A stretch of 64,000 nt of DNA. Source: Pseudomonadota bacterium. Its GTDB lineage: Bacteria > Pseudomonadota > Alphaproteobacteria > Rhizobiales > Rhizobiaceae. Shown one piece after another: positions 18,259 to 26,736 of this stretch (its first letter is position 1; the number at the start of each line of letters is the position of its first letter). Below the pieces are notes generated by a model. The model did not search any database. It had not been told where the DNA came from and worked only from the letters and a program-made list of their open reading frames with translations. The position numbers and the translations under genes are program-made. Where the stretch lies: NCBI GenBank assembly GCA_039180085.1, contig JBCDDX010000017.1:4117-68116 (forward strand), read 5' to 3'.

Positions 18259-19776
18259 TTATCCTCCAAGCTTTGGAACGGCGTGGGCGCTTGTGGCGAA
18301 GGCGATGTTTTTGGTTTCCATGTAGAAGTCAAACGACCAGTCGCCGCCATCACGGCCGATGCCGGAATTCTTCACGCCGCCAAACGGGGTGGGCAGGTGG
18401 CGCACATTTTCCGAATTCACCCAGATCATACCCGCTTCCATCGCTTCAGTGAAACGGAATGCGCGGGTCACATCATTGGTCCAAAGATAGCCGGTCAGGC
18501 CATATTCGGTGTCGTTGGCGATTTCCAGCGCTTCTTCCTCACTGCTGAATTTCAGTGCAGTGAGAACGGGTCCGAAAATTTCTTCCTGCGCGACACGTGC
18601 TGAATTGTCTGTCCCAGAAAACAGGGTGGGGCGCACGTAACATCCGCCGCCCGGACCGTCATAGGCCTCACCGCCGGTCACGATTGTTGCCCCGTCCTGT
18701 TTGGCGGTTTCGAAATAGCCCATGACCTTGTCATAATGAACCGGATGGATGAGCGGGCCGATGACGGTTTTGGGATCAAGCGGATGGCCGATGGGAATAT
18801 TGGCCGCTTTCTCCGCGACCATCTCAACGAATTTATCGTAGATCGTATCCTGAACCAGCAGGCGGGAGGATGAGGTGCAGCGTTCGCCGTTCAGCGAATA
18901 GATCATGAATACGGTGGCATCAGCGGCGCGTTCAAGATCGGCGTCGTCAAACACGACGACAGGGTTTTTGCCGCCGAGCTCAAAATGCACCCGCTTCAGC
19001 GTGGCCGCACCCTGCTGCATGATCATGGAGCCGGTGCGTCCTTCGCCAACAAAGCCAATCGCCTTGATGGCCGGATGTTCGGTCAGTGCCTTGCCGGCCT
19101 CTTCGCCCAATCCGTTGACCGTGTTCCACACACCCGCTGGCAATCCGGCCCTCTCGGCGATTTCGACCAGCAATTTGGCGCTCAGAGGTGAAAATTCAGC
19201 CGGTTTGTGAACAATCGTGCAACCAGCGGCGAGGGCAGGGGCGATCTTCCATGTTGAGAGCATGAAAGGCGTGTTCCACGGTGTGATCACACCCACGGGG
19301 CCAATCGGGCTGCGTGACGTCAGATTGGTCTGATTGGGCGCGTAGATCGACTGGCCGTCGCGGGCCGACGGCGCGCGGTCAGCAAAGAACCGAAAGTTTT
19401 CCGCGCCGCGCAAGGCGGCCTTCGCCATAAATTTCAGCGACTGGCCGGTGTCCATGCATTCAACAAAAGCGATTTCTTCCGCCCGCGCGACGATGCCGTC
19501 CGCAATCGCATGGAGAATCTCGCGTCGTTTCGCTCCGCTGACAGCGGCCCATTCGCCAAAGGCCGTTTTGGCGGCAGTGGCTGCGGTATCGATATCCGAT
19601 GCGTCGCTTCGGGCAGCTGCGGCAATGACGGAAAGATCGACCGGACTGATAATGTCCATCGTCGAACCTGATGCAGCTGCGACCGAAGCGCCGTTGATGT
19701 GGTTCAGAACACCATCGTCTTTGAAGCGCTTCAGATAGCCGTTTGCGCGTTCAATATTGTTTTCGAGCTGGTTCAT
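18259..19776 (-). CDS. hpaE: 5-carboxymethyl-2-hydroxymuconate semialdehyde dehydrogenase
   Basis: ITPWNTPFMLSTWK, ELGGKNP, SLNGERCT, EEIFGP, NVRHLPTPFGG; ATG at 19776 after a GAGG RBS. Confidence 0.9.
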   Translation of the reverse strand: MNQLENNIERANGYLKRFKDDGVLNHINGASVAAASGSTMDIISPVDLSVIAAAARSDASDIDTAATAAKTAFGEWAAVSGAKRREILHAIADGIVARAEEIAFVECMDTGQSLKFMAKAALRGAENFRFFADRAPSARDGQSIYAPNQTNLTSRSPIGPVGVITPWNTPFMLSTWKIAPALAAGCTIVHKPAEFSPLSAKLLVEIAERAGLPAGVWNTVNGLGEEAGKALTEHPAIKAIGFVGEGRTGSMIMQQGAATLKRVHFELGGKNPVVVFDDADLERAADATVFMIYSLNGERCTSSSRLLVQDTIYDKFVEMVAEKAANIPIGHPLDPKTVIGPLIHPVHYDKVMGYFETAKQDGATIVTGGEAYDGPGGGCYVRPTLFSGTDNSARVAQEEIFGPVLTALKFSSEEEALEIANDTEYGLTGYLWTNDVTRAFRFTEAMEAGMIWVNSENVRHLPTPFGGVKNSGIGRDGGDWSFDFYMETKNIAFATSAHAVPKLGG

Positions 19777-19821
19777 GTTTCGCCTCAACGCCGTGTGACG
19801 CTCGTGCGCCGCCATATTCAC

Positions 19822-19833
19822 TTAACATGTTAA
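19822..19833. promoter_or_regulatory. putative HpaR operator upstream of hpaE
   Basis: Perfect palindrome TTAACATGTTAA in an AT-rich patch about 45 bp upstream of the hpaE start. Confidence 0.65.
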
Positions 19834-19908
19834 TTATAAACACATGAGCGCGTCAAGGCATTGCCTCGCTCGGTGATGCGGCGAAACATCAAAAAAGTCT
19901 TCGATCCA

Positions 19909-20487
19909 CTATTGAAACCGTGAAAGTGTCTGCCCGGCTGCCTGCGTCAATGCGTTGGCAGACTGGCCGCTGCGGGTCAGAATGCGCAATCCCACATAGC
20001 TGAGGGTGAGGCTCTTGGCTTCGCCCATCAGCGCCCGTTCATGGGCGTTGCTGAAAGCCTTGGTGTCTTTCAGGGCCGTGGCGAAGGCATCGGTCAGCCG
20101 GTTGACCTGATCATTGACCACCGCTTCGATTTCTTCGTCATCAGAGGCGAGACCAGCGGCGGAATTGCACAGCAGACAACCGCGACGATCACCGCTTTGG
20201 GCAGCGGCAATGGCACCGTCGAAAACCAGCTCAATTCGCTTCTCGGCCTTTATGGTCGTATCGTTGAGTACATCGATACCGGGCTGAACGTAGAGTTTGT
20301 CGTAAAGCGCTAGGGCTTTCAAAAACAGCGCTTTCTTGCTGCCGAAGGCCTTGTACAGGCTGCCGCGTGCGATCTCCATGCCTTCCAGAAGGTCCGGAAG
20401 GCTGGTTTCGCCATAGCCGTGCTGCCAGAACACCTGCATGGCTTTTTCCACAGCGATATCAATGTCGAATTCTCTTGGCCGAGCCAT
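19909..20487 (-). CDS. TetR/AcrR family transcriptional regulator
   Basis: MARPREFD...FWQHGYGETSL...RGSLYKAFGSKKALF; GCLLCN motif. Confidence 0.9.
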   Translation of the reverse strand: MARPREFDIDIAVEKAMQVFWQHGYGETSLPDLLEGMEIARGSLYKAFGSKKALFLKALALYDKLYVQPGIDVLNDTTIKAEKRIELVFDGAIAAAQSGDRRGCLLCNSAAGLASDDEEIEAVVNDQVNRLTDAFATALKDTKAFSNAHERALMGEAKSLTLSYVGLRILTRSGQSANALTQAAGQTLSRFQ

Positions 20488-20669
20488 TGCGCCCCTTTCG
20501 CGTTGATTTGATTGTCATACAGGTAAGTAACCAATCAGTCAACAACTCACGCATCAGTGATCGCTCGTTACTAGAACGATTGGTTCCTAATACCCACATG
20601 ATGGTCATCGAAACGGACCAGCCCCTTGGATTTGATAATCCCTTGGTCCCGAATGAAAGGAACGACCCC

Positions 20670-20822
20670 ATGTTGAACGAAATGACACTGAGAAAAGTTG
20701 GCCCCGGTGCAGCATCTGCATTCGCTCTTGCAATCATGCTGATGGTGACGGGCGCTGGCGATGCCATGTCCGTTGAAATGGCATCCGCTGCAGCAGACGT
20801 TGCATCCCAAACACTGCGCTAA
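20670..20822 (+). CDS. small (50 aa) single-TM or secreted protein
   Basis: GAAAGGA RBS before ATG 20670; MLNEMTLRKVGPGAASAFALAIMLMVTGAG hydrophobic segment; divergent from tetR. Confidence 0.5.
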   Translation: MLNEMTLRKVGPGAASAFALAIMLMVTGAGDAMSVEMASAAADVASQTLR

Positions 20823-20925
20823 GCGACCGGCAGCATTAACGAAAATTCCTGAGGGGGAAACCGTTGTCCGGTTATCCACCCTCATCGCCCTTTAAAACTT
20901 GATAATACGAATGAGAGTTCCGATT

Positions 20926-21465
20926 ATGAACACCCTTGCAATGGAAAGAACCGCAGTCATGAATGATGCTGCTATTCCAGCCCTTAACCTTCGCCTTCTG
21001 GTCACCGCCCTGGTTGCCGGAGCTTTTGCTACAATCGGCTTTGATCTGTTTGGCCAGACTATTTCACCGCTTCTGAAAGGCATCGCCTCGCCTTATCTGG
21101 GGGCAAAGCTGGCACCGGTCGGACTGGCAACCCAATCCCTGTCCGTCATCTTGGGTGTGCCCGGCAAAACGCTTTCGTCGCTCGGTATTGGCCACGGCAT
21201 GCACACGTTGACGGGCCTTTTGCTTTACCCTCTCGGCTACCTGATGATTGCCCGTCCGATCATGAGCCGCATTGTCAATCTGCCCTGGTGGGTGATGGGC
21301 ATTGTCTATGGCGTGGCGCTGTTTGTTTTCGCGCTTTACATCATGGCTCATCTGGTCGCCGGCAATCCGCCATTCCTCGGCTGGGGCGGTCTCACTTGGG
21401 TTGCACTTTGGGGACACATTCTCTTCGGCGTTATCGTTGCCGGTGTGGCCCGCTACCGCGACTAG
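20926..21465 (+). CDS. hypothetical ~4-TM membrane protein
   Basis: Hydrophobic helices with intramembrane His (GHGMHTLTG, LWGHILFG); start codon uncertain. Confidence 0.7.
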   Translation: MNTLAMERTAVMNDAAIPALNLRLLVTALVAGAFATIGFDLFGQTISPLLKGIASPYLGAKLAPVGLATQSLSVILGVPGKTLSSLGIGHGMHTLTGLLLYPLGYLMIARPIMSRIVNLPWWVMGIVYGVALFVFALYIMAHLVAGNPPFLGWGGLTWVALWGHILFGVIVAGVARYRD

Positions 21466-21647
21466 ACTGTTTGGCGCTCAAGCGCTCCAAGCCAACCTCA
21501 CTTCCACAAGACTGTTTGGGCGGGAAGCGTAAAAGCTTCCCGCCCTTTTGATATGTCAGAACAGGCGTTGACTTGACGCTGCTGATGCCGGACGCTGCAT
21601 GCTCTTGTTTTGATTGGGAGGTCGAACATGCAGCAGGGGAGAGGCTC

Positions 21648-22238
21648 ATGTTCATGATGGTGCTGAACATCCTGTTCGCCATTAACACGACAATTCTTCG
21701 GATTGGGCGTGCGCTGGCGTGGATCGCTCTGGGCATTATGGTCGCCGTCATCCTGATTCAGGTGTTTTTTCGCTACGTTCCGTTTCTCGATGCCTTGCCG
21801 TGGCCGGAGGAAGCCGCCCGGTTTCTGATGCTCTGGATGACCGGGCTGATCGCTCCTTCCGCCTATCGCTGGGGCGGTTTCGTTGCCATCGACATGGTGC
21901 CGCAGGCGCTGCCGAAAGCGATCTGCGCTGTTTTGATGATTGTCCTGCTCGGGCTTTCAACACTTGTGTTGATCGTCGCCGTTCAGCTTGGCTGGCAGCA
22001 CACGATGGGCTTTGGCGGGAATTTTGATTCCTCATCATTGCGATTGCCGCTCGACTGGTTCGGCGGAACCGACACCAAGATCAAACTGCGCTACATGTAT
22101 GGTTCGCTTCTGTTTTGCGTCGTCATGATGCTAGTGATCAATATTGAACTGATCATACGCTCGGTCTTCGCGCTCGTTTCGCCCGACACCGAATTGCCCG
22201 ATGACGACTCGGCCACAAACATGGTGAGGGCAGACTAG
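21648..22238 (+). CDS. TRAP transporter small permease (DctQ)
   Basis: QVFFRY...WPEEAARFLMLW; ATG at 21648 after a GGAGAGG RBS. Confidence 0.88.
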   Translation: MFMMVLNILFAINTTILRIGRALAWIALGIMVAVILIQVFFRYVPFLDALPWPEEAARFLMLWMTGLIAPSAYRWGGFVAIDMVPQALPKAICAVLMIVLLGLSTLVLIVAVQLGWQHTMGFGGNFDSSSLRLPLDWFGGTDTKIKLRYMYGSLLFCVVMMLVINIELIIRSVFALVSPDTELPDDDSATNMVRAD

Positions 22239-23738
22239 ATGCTGGTTTGGTTTCTTCCCGTCTTTCTGATCCTGCTGATGATCGGCCTGCCGGTGTTTTT
22301 CGGCCTATTGTTCGCACCCGGTATTCTGCTTTGGCTGAACGGGCAGGAGCGCGATATCGCGCTGCTCTACCGCAATGTCTATAACGGCATGGATTCGTTT
22401 CCGCTGATGGCCCTGCCGTTTTTCATGCTCGCGGGTGAGTTGATGAACCGCGGCGGTATCACCACGCGACTGGTGGAATTTTCGCAAGCATTGATGGGCC
22501 ATCTGCGCGGCGGACTGGCCCATGTGAATATTCTCTCATCAATCCTGTTTGCGGGTCTTTCCGGTTCTGCCGTTGCTGATACGTCCGCGCTTGGATCAAC
22601 GCTTATTCCCGCAATGGAGCGCAATGGTTATTCGCGCAAATTTGCTGCCGCGATCACAGCTGCCAGTTCGGTGATCGGGCCTATTATTCCACCCTCCGGC
22701 ATCATGATCATTTACGCCTATGTGATGGGCGAAAGCGTCGCTGCGCTGTTTCTGGCCGGCATTGTGCCCGGTGTGATGGTGGGCGTTGGCCTGATGGTCA
22801 TGGTGCGCCTTCTGGCCGACCGCTATGACCTTCCCAAGGCGGAGCGGATTGTCCAGCGCGGACAGACTCTCAGCGAAGGCGAAAGCTTCATTTCTTTCGC
22901 GCTGCTGCGCATCAATATCGCCGGGCTGCTGGTCGGTCTGTATCACGGCGTTTTTGCCCTGATTGGAACACTTGATGCTGCCAAGCCGGAAATCAACAGC
23001 TGGTGGATCATGCTGTTCATGCTGCCGGTCGCGCATATCATCGTGATGATGGTGCGCAAGAGGGTTAGCGAGGACTTCCGGATTGTTTGCAAGAAGGCCG
23101 TCGCGCCCCTGCAGACGCCGATCATCATTCTGGGCGGCATTCTGATCGGCGTGTTCACACCGACAGAAGCTTCGGCCATCGCAGTGGCTTATGCGCTGGT
23201 GATCTCGTTCTTCGTGCTGCGGTCGATGAAGCTTTCCGATCTGCCCTCAATTCTCATGAAATCCGCGCTCGGTTCTTCAACCGTCCTGTTGCTGGTCGGT
23301 GCTGCGGTAGCTTTCAAAACCGTTGTCAGCCTGTCCCATGCACCTGAACAACTGGCAGATTCCATTCTGGGCCTGTCCAGCGATCCACTGATTCTTCTTT
23401 TTCTGATCAATGTCCTGTTGTTCATCGTCGGCATGTTTTTGGATGCCGGCCCGGCGATCATCATTTTGGGGCCGATCCTTGGGCCGATTTTTGTCGATCT
23501 CGGCGTACATCCGGTGCATTTTGCCATCATCATGTCGGTTAATTTGACGGTGGGTCTTGCCACGCCCCCCATGGGGCTGGTTCTATTCGTGGCATCGTCG
23601 GTGAGTGGCGAGAAAGTTGAAACGATTTCGAAGGCTATTCTGCCTTTCCTCGCGGTTGAGATCGTTGTGATTTTCCTGATCACTTACATACCGGCAATCT
23701 CCATGACCATTCCACGACTGACTGGTTTTGTGCAGTGA
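22239..23738 (+). CDS. TRAP transporter large permease (DctM)
   Basis: SFPLMALPFFMLAGELM, SGSAVAD, IIPPS, FTPTEA, TPPMG. Confidence 0.92.
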   Translation: MLVWFLPVFLILLMIGLPVFFGLLFAPGILLWLNGQERDIALLYRNVYNGMDSFPLMALPFFMLAGELMNRGGITTRLVEFSQALMGHLRGGLAHVNILSSILFAGLSGSAVADTSALGSTLIPAMERNGYSRKFAAAITAASSVIGPIIPPSGIMIIYAYVMGESVAALFLAGIVPGVMVGVGLMVMVRLLADRYDLPKAERIVQRGQTLSEGESFISFALLRINIAGLLVGLYHGVFALIGTLDAAKPEINSWWIMLFMLPVAHIIVMMVRKRVSEDFRIVCKKAVAPLQTPIIILGGILIGVFTPTEASAIAVAYALVISFFVLRSMKLSDLPSILMKSALGSSTVLLLVGAAVAFKTVVSLSHAPEQLADSILGLSSDPLILLFLINVLLFIVGMFLDAGPAIIILGPILGPIFVDLGVHPVHFAIIMSVNLTVGLATPPMGLVLFVASSVSGEKVETISKAILPFLAVEIVVIFLITYIPAISMTIPRLTGFVQ

Positions 23739-23773
23739 ATTTGACGACTGAAATATAATTGGGAGGACCCTGA

Positions 23774-24832
23774 ATGCTGAAGAAATTTTTGAAGACCGTG
23801 ACGCTGGCCGCTATGCTGGCCAGCACATCGGTTGTCGCCATGGCGGCGGATTACACAATCCGCGCGACGGCAAACTCAAACGAAAATGACGAAGACTATG
23901 ATGGTCTGGTGGTTTTCAAAAACTATGTCGAAGCGGCCTCCAACGGCGCTATTGCGGTGGAGCTGTTCATCGGTACGCAGCTTTGTTCCAAAGGGGCTGA
24001 GTGCCTGCAGGGCGTGGCTGACGGTTCCATCGATGTGTACATCTCCACATCCGGTGGCGCTTCCGGCATTTTCCCCTATGTGCAGGTTCTCGATCTGCCC
24101 TATCTGATGGCGAATGACCGCGTTGCTGAGCATGTTCTGTCCGGTGATTTCACCCGCACCGTGCGTGATATGGCACTGAAGGATTCCGATAACAAAATCC
24201 GCCTGATGACCGTTGGTAACACCGGTGGCTGGCGCAACTTTGCCAACACGAAACGTGTTGTGAAAATGCCGGAAGACATGAAGGGCCTGAAAATCCGCAC
24301 CGTTGTGGCCGATCTTCCGCAAGAGCTGGTGAAAGCCCTTGGAGCATCACCAACGCCAATTCCGTGGCCCGAACTGTTCACCTCGTTCCAGACGGGCGTT
24401 GTGGAAGGTTCCAAAAACGGCATCACCGACATCATGGGCATGAAATTCCCGGATGCTGGTCTGCAATATGTCACGCTTGATGGCCATGCCTATATGGGCG
24501 CGCTGTGGTGGATGAACAACGACAAGTTCCTCGGCATGCCGGAAGACATGCGCCGTGTTGTCGTTGACGGTTTTGCTGCCTTGCAGCAGGCAACATTTGC
24601 ATCTCCAAAGCGCAAGTCGATCCAGGCTTATGAAGAGTTTGTAGCCGGTGGCGGCAATCTTTATGTGCCAACGCCAGAGGAAAAGGCGGCTTTCAAAGAG
24701 GCTGCTGCGCCCGTGTACGACTGGTTCAAGGCCAATGTGAAGGGCGGACCTGAAGTATTCGATGCCCTGACCAGCGCTGTTGCGGCAGCGGAGGCCGACA
24801 TCAATGCGGGTCTTGAAAAAGATCTGAAATAG
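23774..24832 (+). CDS. TRAP substrate-binding protein (DctP)
   Basis: Signal peptide; DMKGLKIRT containing the conserved Arg; PTPIPWPELFTSFQTGVVEG. Confidence 0.9.
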   Translation: MLKKFLKTVTLAAMLASTSVVAMAADYTIRATANSNENDEDYDGLVVFKNYVEAASNGAIAVELFIGTQLCSKGAECLQGVADGSIDVYISTSGGASGIFPYVQVLDLPYLMANDRVAEHVLSGDFTRTVRDMALKDSDNKIRLMTVGNTGGWRNFANTKRVVKMPEDMKGLKIRTVVADLPQELVKALGASPTPIPWPELFTSFQTGVVEGSKNGITDIMGMKFPDAGLQYVTLDGHAYMGALWWMNNDKFLGMPEDMRRVVVDGFAALQQATFASPKRKSIQAYEEFVAGGGNLYVPTPEEKAAFKEAAAPVYDWFKANVKGGPEVFDALTSAVAAAEADINAGLEKDLK

Positions 24833-24843
24833 GTCTGTTCAAT

Positions 24844-24884
24844 TTCGGGTCGGCCAGGGTTTCACGACCATTGGCCGGCCCGAA
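24844..24884. terminator. likely bidirectional terminator hairpin between convergent dctP and the Sel1 gene
   Basis: TTCGGGTCGGCCA ... TGGCCGGCCCGAA, 13-bp stem with one wobble/mismatch. Confidence 0.6.
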
Positions 24885-24910
24885 TTCGTTTTGAGGCCTT
24901 GTGCATTGGC

Positions 24911-25384
24911 CTAGCGAAACGGGTACAACCAGGATCGATAGTCATCGATCAAAATATGGGCCTTTTCGATTTGTTCGGGCGTCATTTTCTTCACAACTTC
25001 TTCCTGGGAAATCGCCGCATCGGGGTCGCCTCCGATGGCCGACAGGACGTACCAGGTATAGGCGCGCACGAGGTCCGGTTCGGGCATGCCGCGCCCGACT
25101 TCGTAGTACCAGCCAATGCCGGATTGCGCGCCCGGATGGCCTTTCAGCGAGGCGCGCAGATACCATTCAAAGGCGCGCACATCGTCTCTCTCGACACCCA
25201 GTCCCATGGCGTACATCACGCCAATCAATTCCTCAGCGTCGGCGTTTCCCGAGCGGGCGGCGGGGTGCAATTGTTCAAGCGCCTGTTTGAACTTTCCCGC
25301 TTCCATAAGCTGGCGCGCCCCTTCAATCTCGGCGCGGGCCGGGGTGGTGAGGATCACAAGAAGGGCAAGGCACAGAATACGCAT
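24911..25384 (-). CDS. secreted Sel1-repeat protein
   Basis: Signal peptide MRILCLALLVILTTPARA; Sel1 repeats AEELIGVMYAMGLGVERDDVRAFEWY and AQSGIGWYYEVGRG...AYTWY. Confidence 0.85.
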   Translation of the reverse strand: MRILCLALLVILTTPARAEIEGARQLMEAGKFKQALEQLHPAARSGNADAEELIGVMYAMGLGVERDDVRAFEWYLRASLKGHPGAQSGIGWYYEVGRGMPEPDLVRAYTWYVLSAIGGDPDAAISQEEVVKKMTPEQIEKAHILIDDYRSWLYPFR

Positions 25385-25396
25385 TGTGTTTCCCGG

Positions 25397-26719
25397 TTGA
25401 GTTGGTCTGTTGTTGCTGGTGCTATTGTGCTGTCTCTCACTCCGGCATTGCAAGCGCAAGAGTTGCCGGAACCGCTTACCGCGGATTCGTTTCTCAAGAC
25501 CGACGAGAGAAAAGCAGCACTCGGGCAATTGCTTTTTTACGATCCGATTCTTTCCGGCAATCGCAATATTTCCTGTGGCACCTGCCACAACCACGACCAT
25601 GCCGGGGCAGACGGCGTTTCGCTCGCCATTGGCGAAGGCGGCAAGGGTGTTGGCCCGAAACGTATTGCGCTTGATGGGCCGGACCGAATCGCCAAACGCG
25701 TTCCAAGAAACACCCCGGCCTTGTGGAATCTCGGCGCGAAGGAAGTGCGTATTCTGTTCCATGACGGGCGGCTTAGCCCATCGGACATTTTTGGCAATGG
25801 CTTCAATTCACCAGCAGAGGAATGGTTGCCTGAAGGGCTGGATTCGCTTCTCGCTGCGCAGGCACTGTTTCCCCTGACGGCACAGTTTGAAATGGCGGGC
25901 AATCCGAAAGAAAACGAGATTGCCGGTGCCGTTCATGACCGCATCGATGCGGCATGGCCTATCATCGCCAAGCGGGTGCGCGGTGTGCCGGACTATGGCC
26001 GGAAATTCGTTGAGGCGTTTGATGAGATCGATCATGCCAGCGATGTTACCATCGTGCAGATTGCAAACGCCCTTGGCGCGTTCATTGGCTCGGAATGGCA
26101 AAGCTATGACTCTCCGTTTGACCGCTATCTCGCGGGCAATGAAACTGCGCTCAATGCCCAACAAAAAAGCGGGTTGAAGGTTTTCTACGGCGAGGGGGGG
26201 TGTGCATCCTGTCATTCCGGTTCCTTGTTCACCGATCAGGAATTTCACGCGCTTGCCCTGCCGCATTTCGGGCCGGGGCGAACGCGGCGCTTTGACCCCT
26301 TTGCGCGCGATGTCGGGCGCATGGGCGAGACGGACCGACTTGAAGATGCCTACCGTTTCCGCACGCCGGGCCTGCGCAATGTCGAACTGACTGGCCCTTA
26401 TGGACACAACGGTGCCTACAGGACACTTGAGGGCATCATTCGTCATCACCTCGACCCGCAAAACGCATTCGATCAATGGCAAACGAGTGAAGCAACCCTG
26501 CCGAAAGTGCCCTGGCTCCAGGCTGTCGATTTTGTGTCTTTCAATGACCGCCGGGAGCGCCTAAGGCTTCGCTCGAAAGTGGATATCGAGCCGCGCAAGC
26601 TTGACGATTCAGATGTTGAGAATTTGGTGGCGTTTTTGAAATCCCTGAGCGGAACGCGCTCGCGCGATGGCCGATTGGGTAAGCCGAAATCGGTTCCAAG
26701 CGGCCTGCCGGTCGATTGA
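25397..26719 (+). CDS. periplasmic di-heme cytochrome c peroxidase/MauG family protein
   Basis: LGQLLFYDPILSGNRNISCGTCH, RNTPALWN, second heme motif CASCH, FRTPGLRNVELTGPYGHNG; signal-like segment ending ALQA; start uncertain (TTG 25397). Confidence 0.85.
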   Translation: MSWSVVAGAIVLSLTPALQAQELPEPLTADSFLKTDERKAALGQLLFYDPILSGNRNISCGTCHNHDHAGADGVSLAIGEGGKGVGPKRIALDGPDRIAKRVPRNTPALWNLGAKEVRILFHDGRLSPSDIFGNGFNSPAEEWLPEGLDSLLAAQALFPLTAQFEMAGNPKENEIAGAVHDRIDAAWPIIAKRVRGVPDYGRKFVEAFDEIDHASDVTIVQIANALGAFIGSEWQSYDSPFDRYLAGNETALNAQQKSGLKVFYGEGGCASCHSGSLFTDQEFHALALPHFGPGRTRRFDPFARDVGRMGETDRLEDAYRFRTPGLRNVELTGPYGHNGAYRTLEGIIRHHLDPQNAFDQWQTSEATLPKVPWLQAVDFVSFNDRRERLRLRSKVDIEPRKLDDSDVENLVAFLKSLSGTRSRDGRLGKPKSVPSGLPVD

Positions 26720-26736
26720 TTGTAGAAAGAACACGC

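Noticed and set aside
21554-21563. TGTCAGAACA as a GntR-type operator for the TRAP/SQ genes
   Set aside because: A short imperfect palindrome in a single copy, with no GntR gene in the window.
24899-25396. N-terminal ~165 aa of the 606-aa di-heme ORF as an extra domain
   Set aside because: It is the antisense of the Sel1 gene; a signal-peptide-like segment only begins near 25397.
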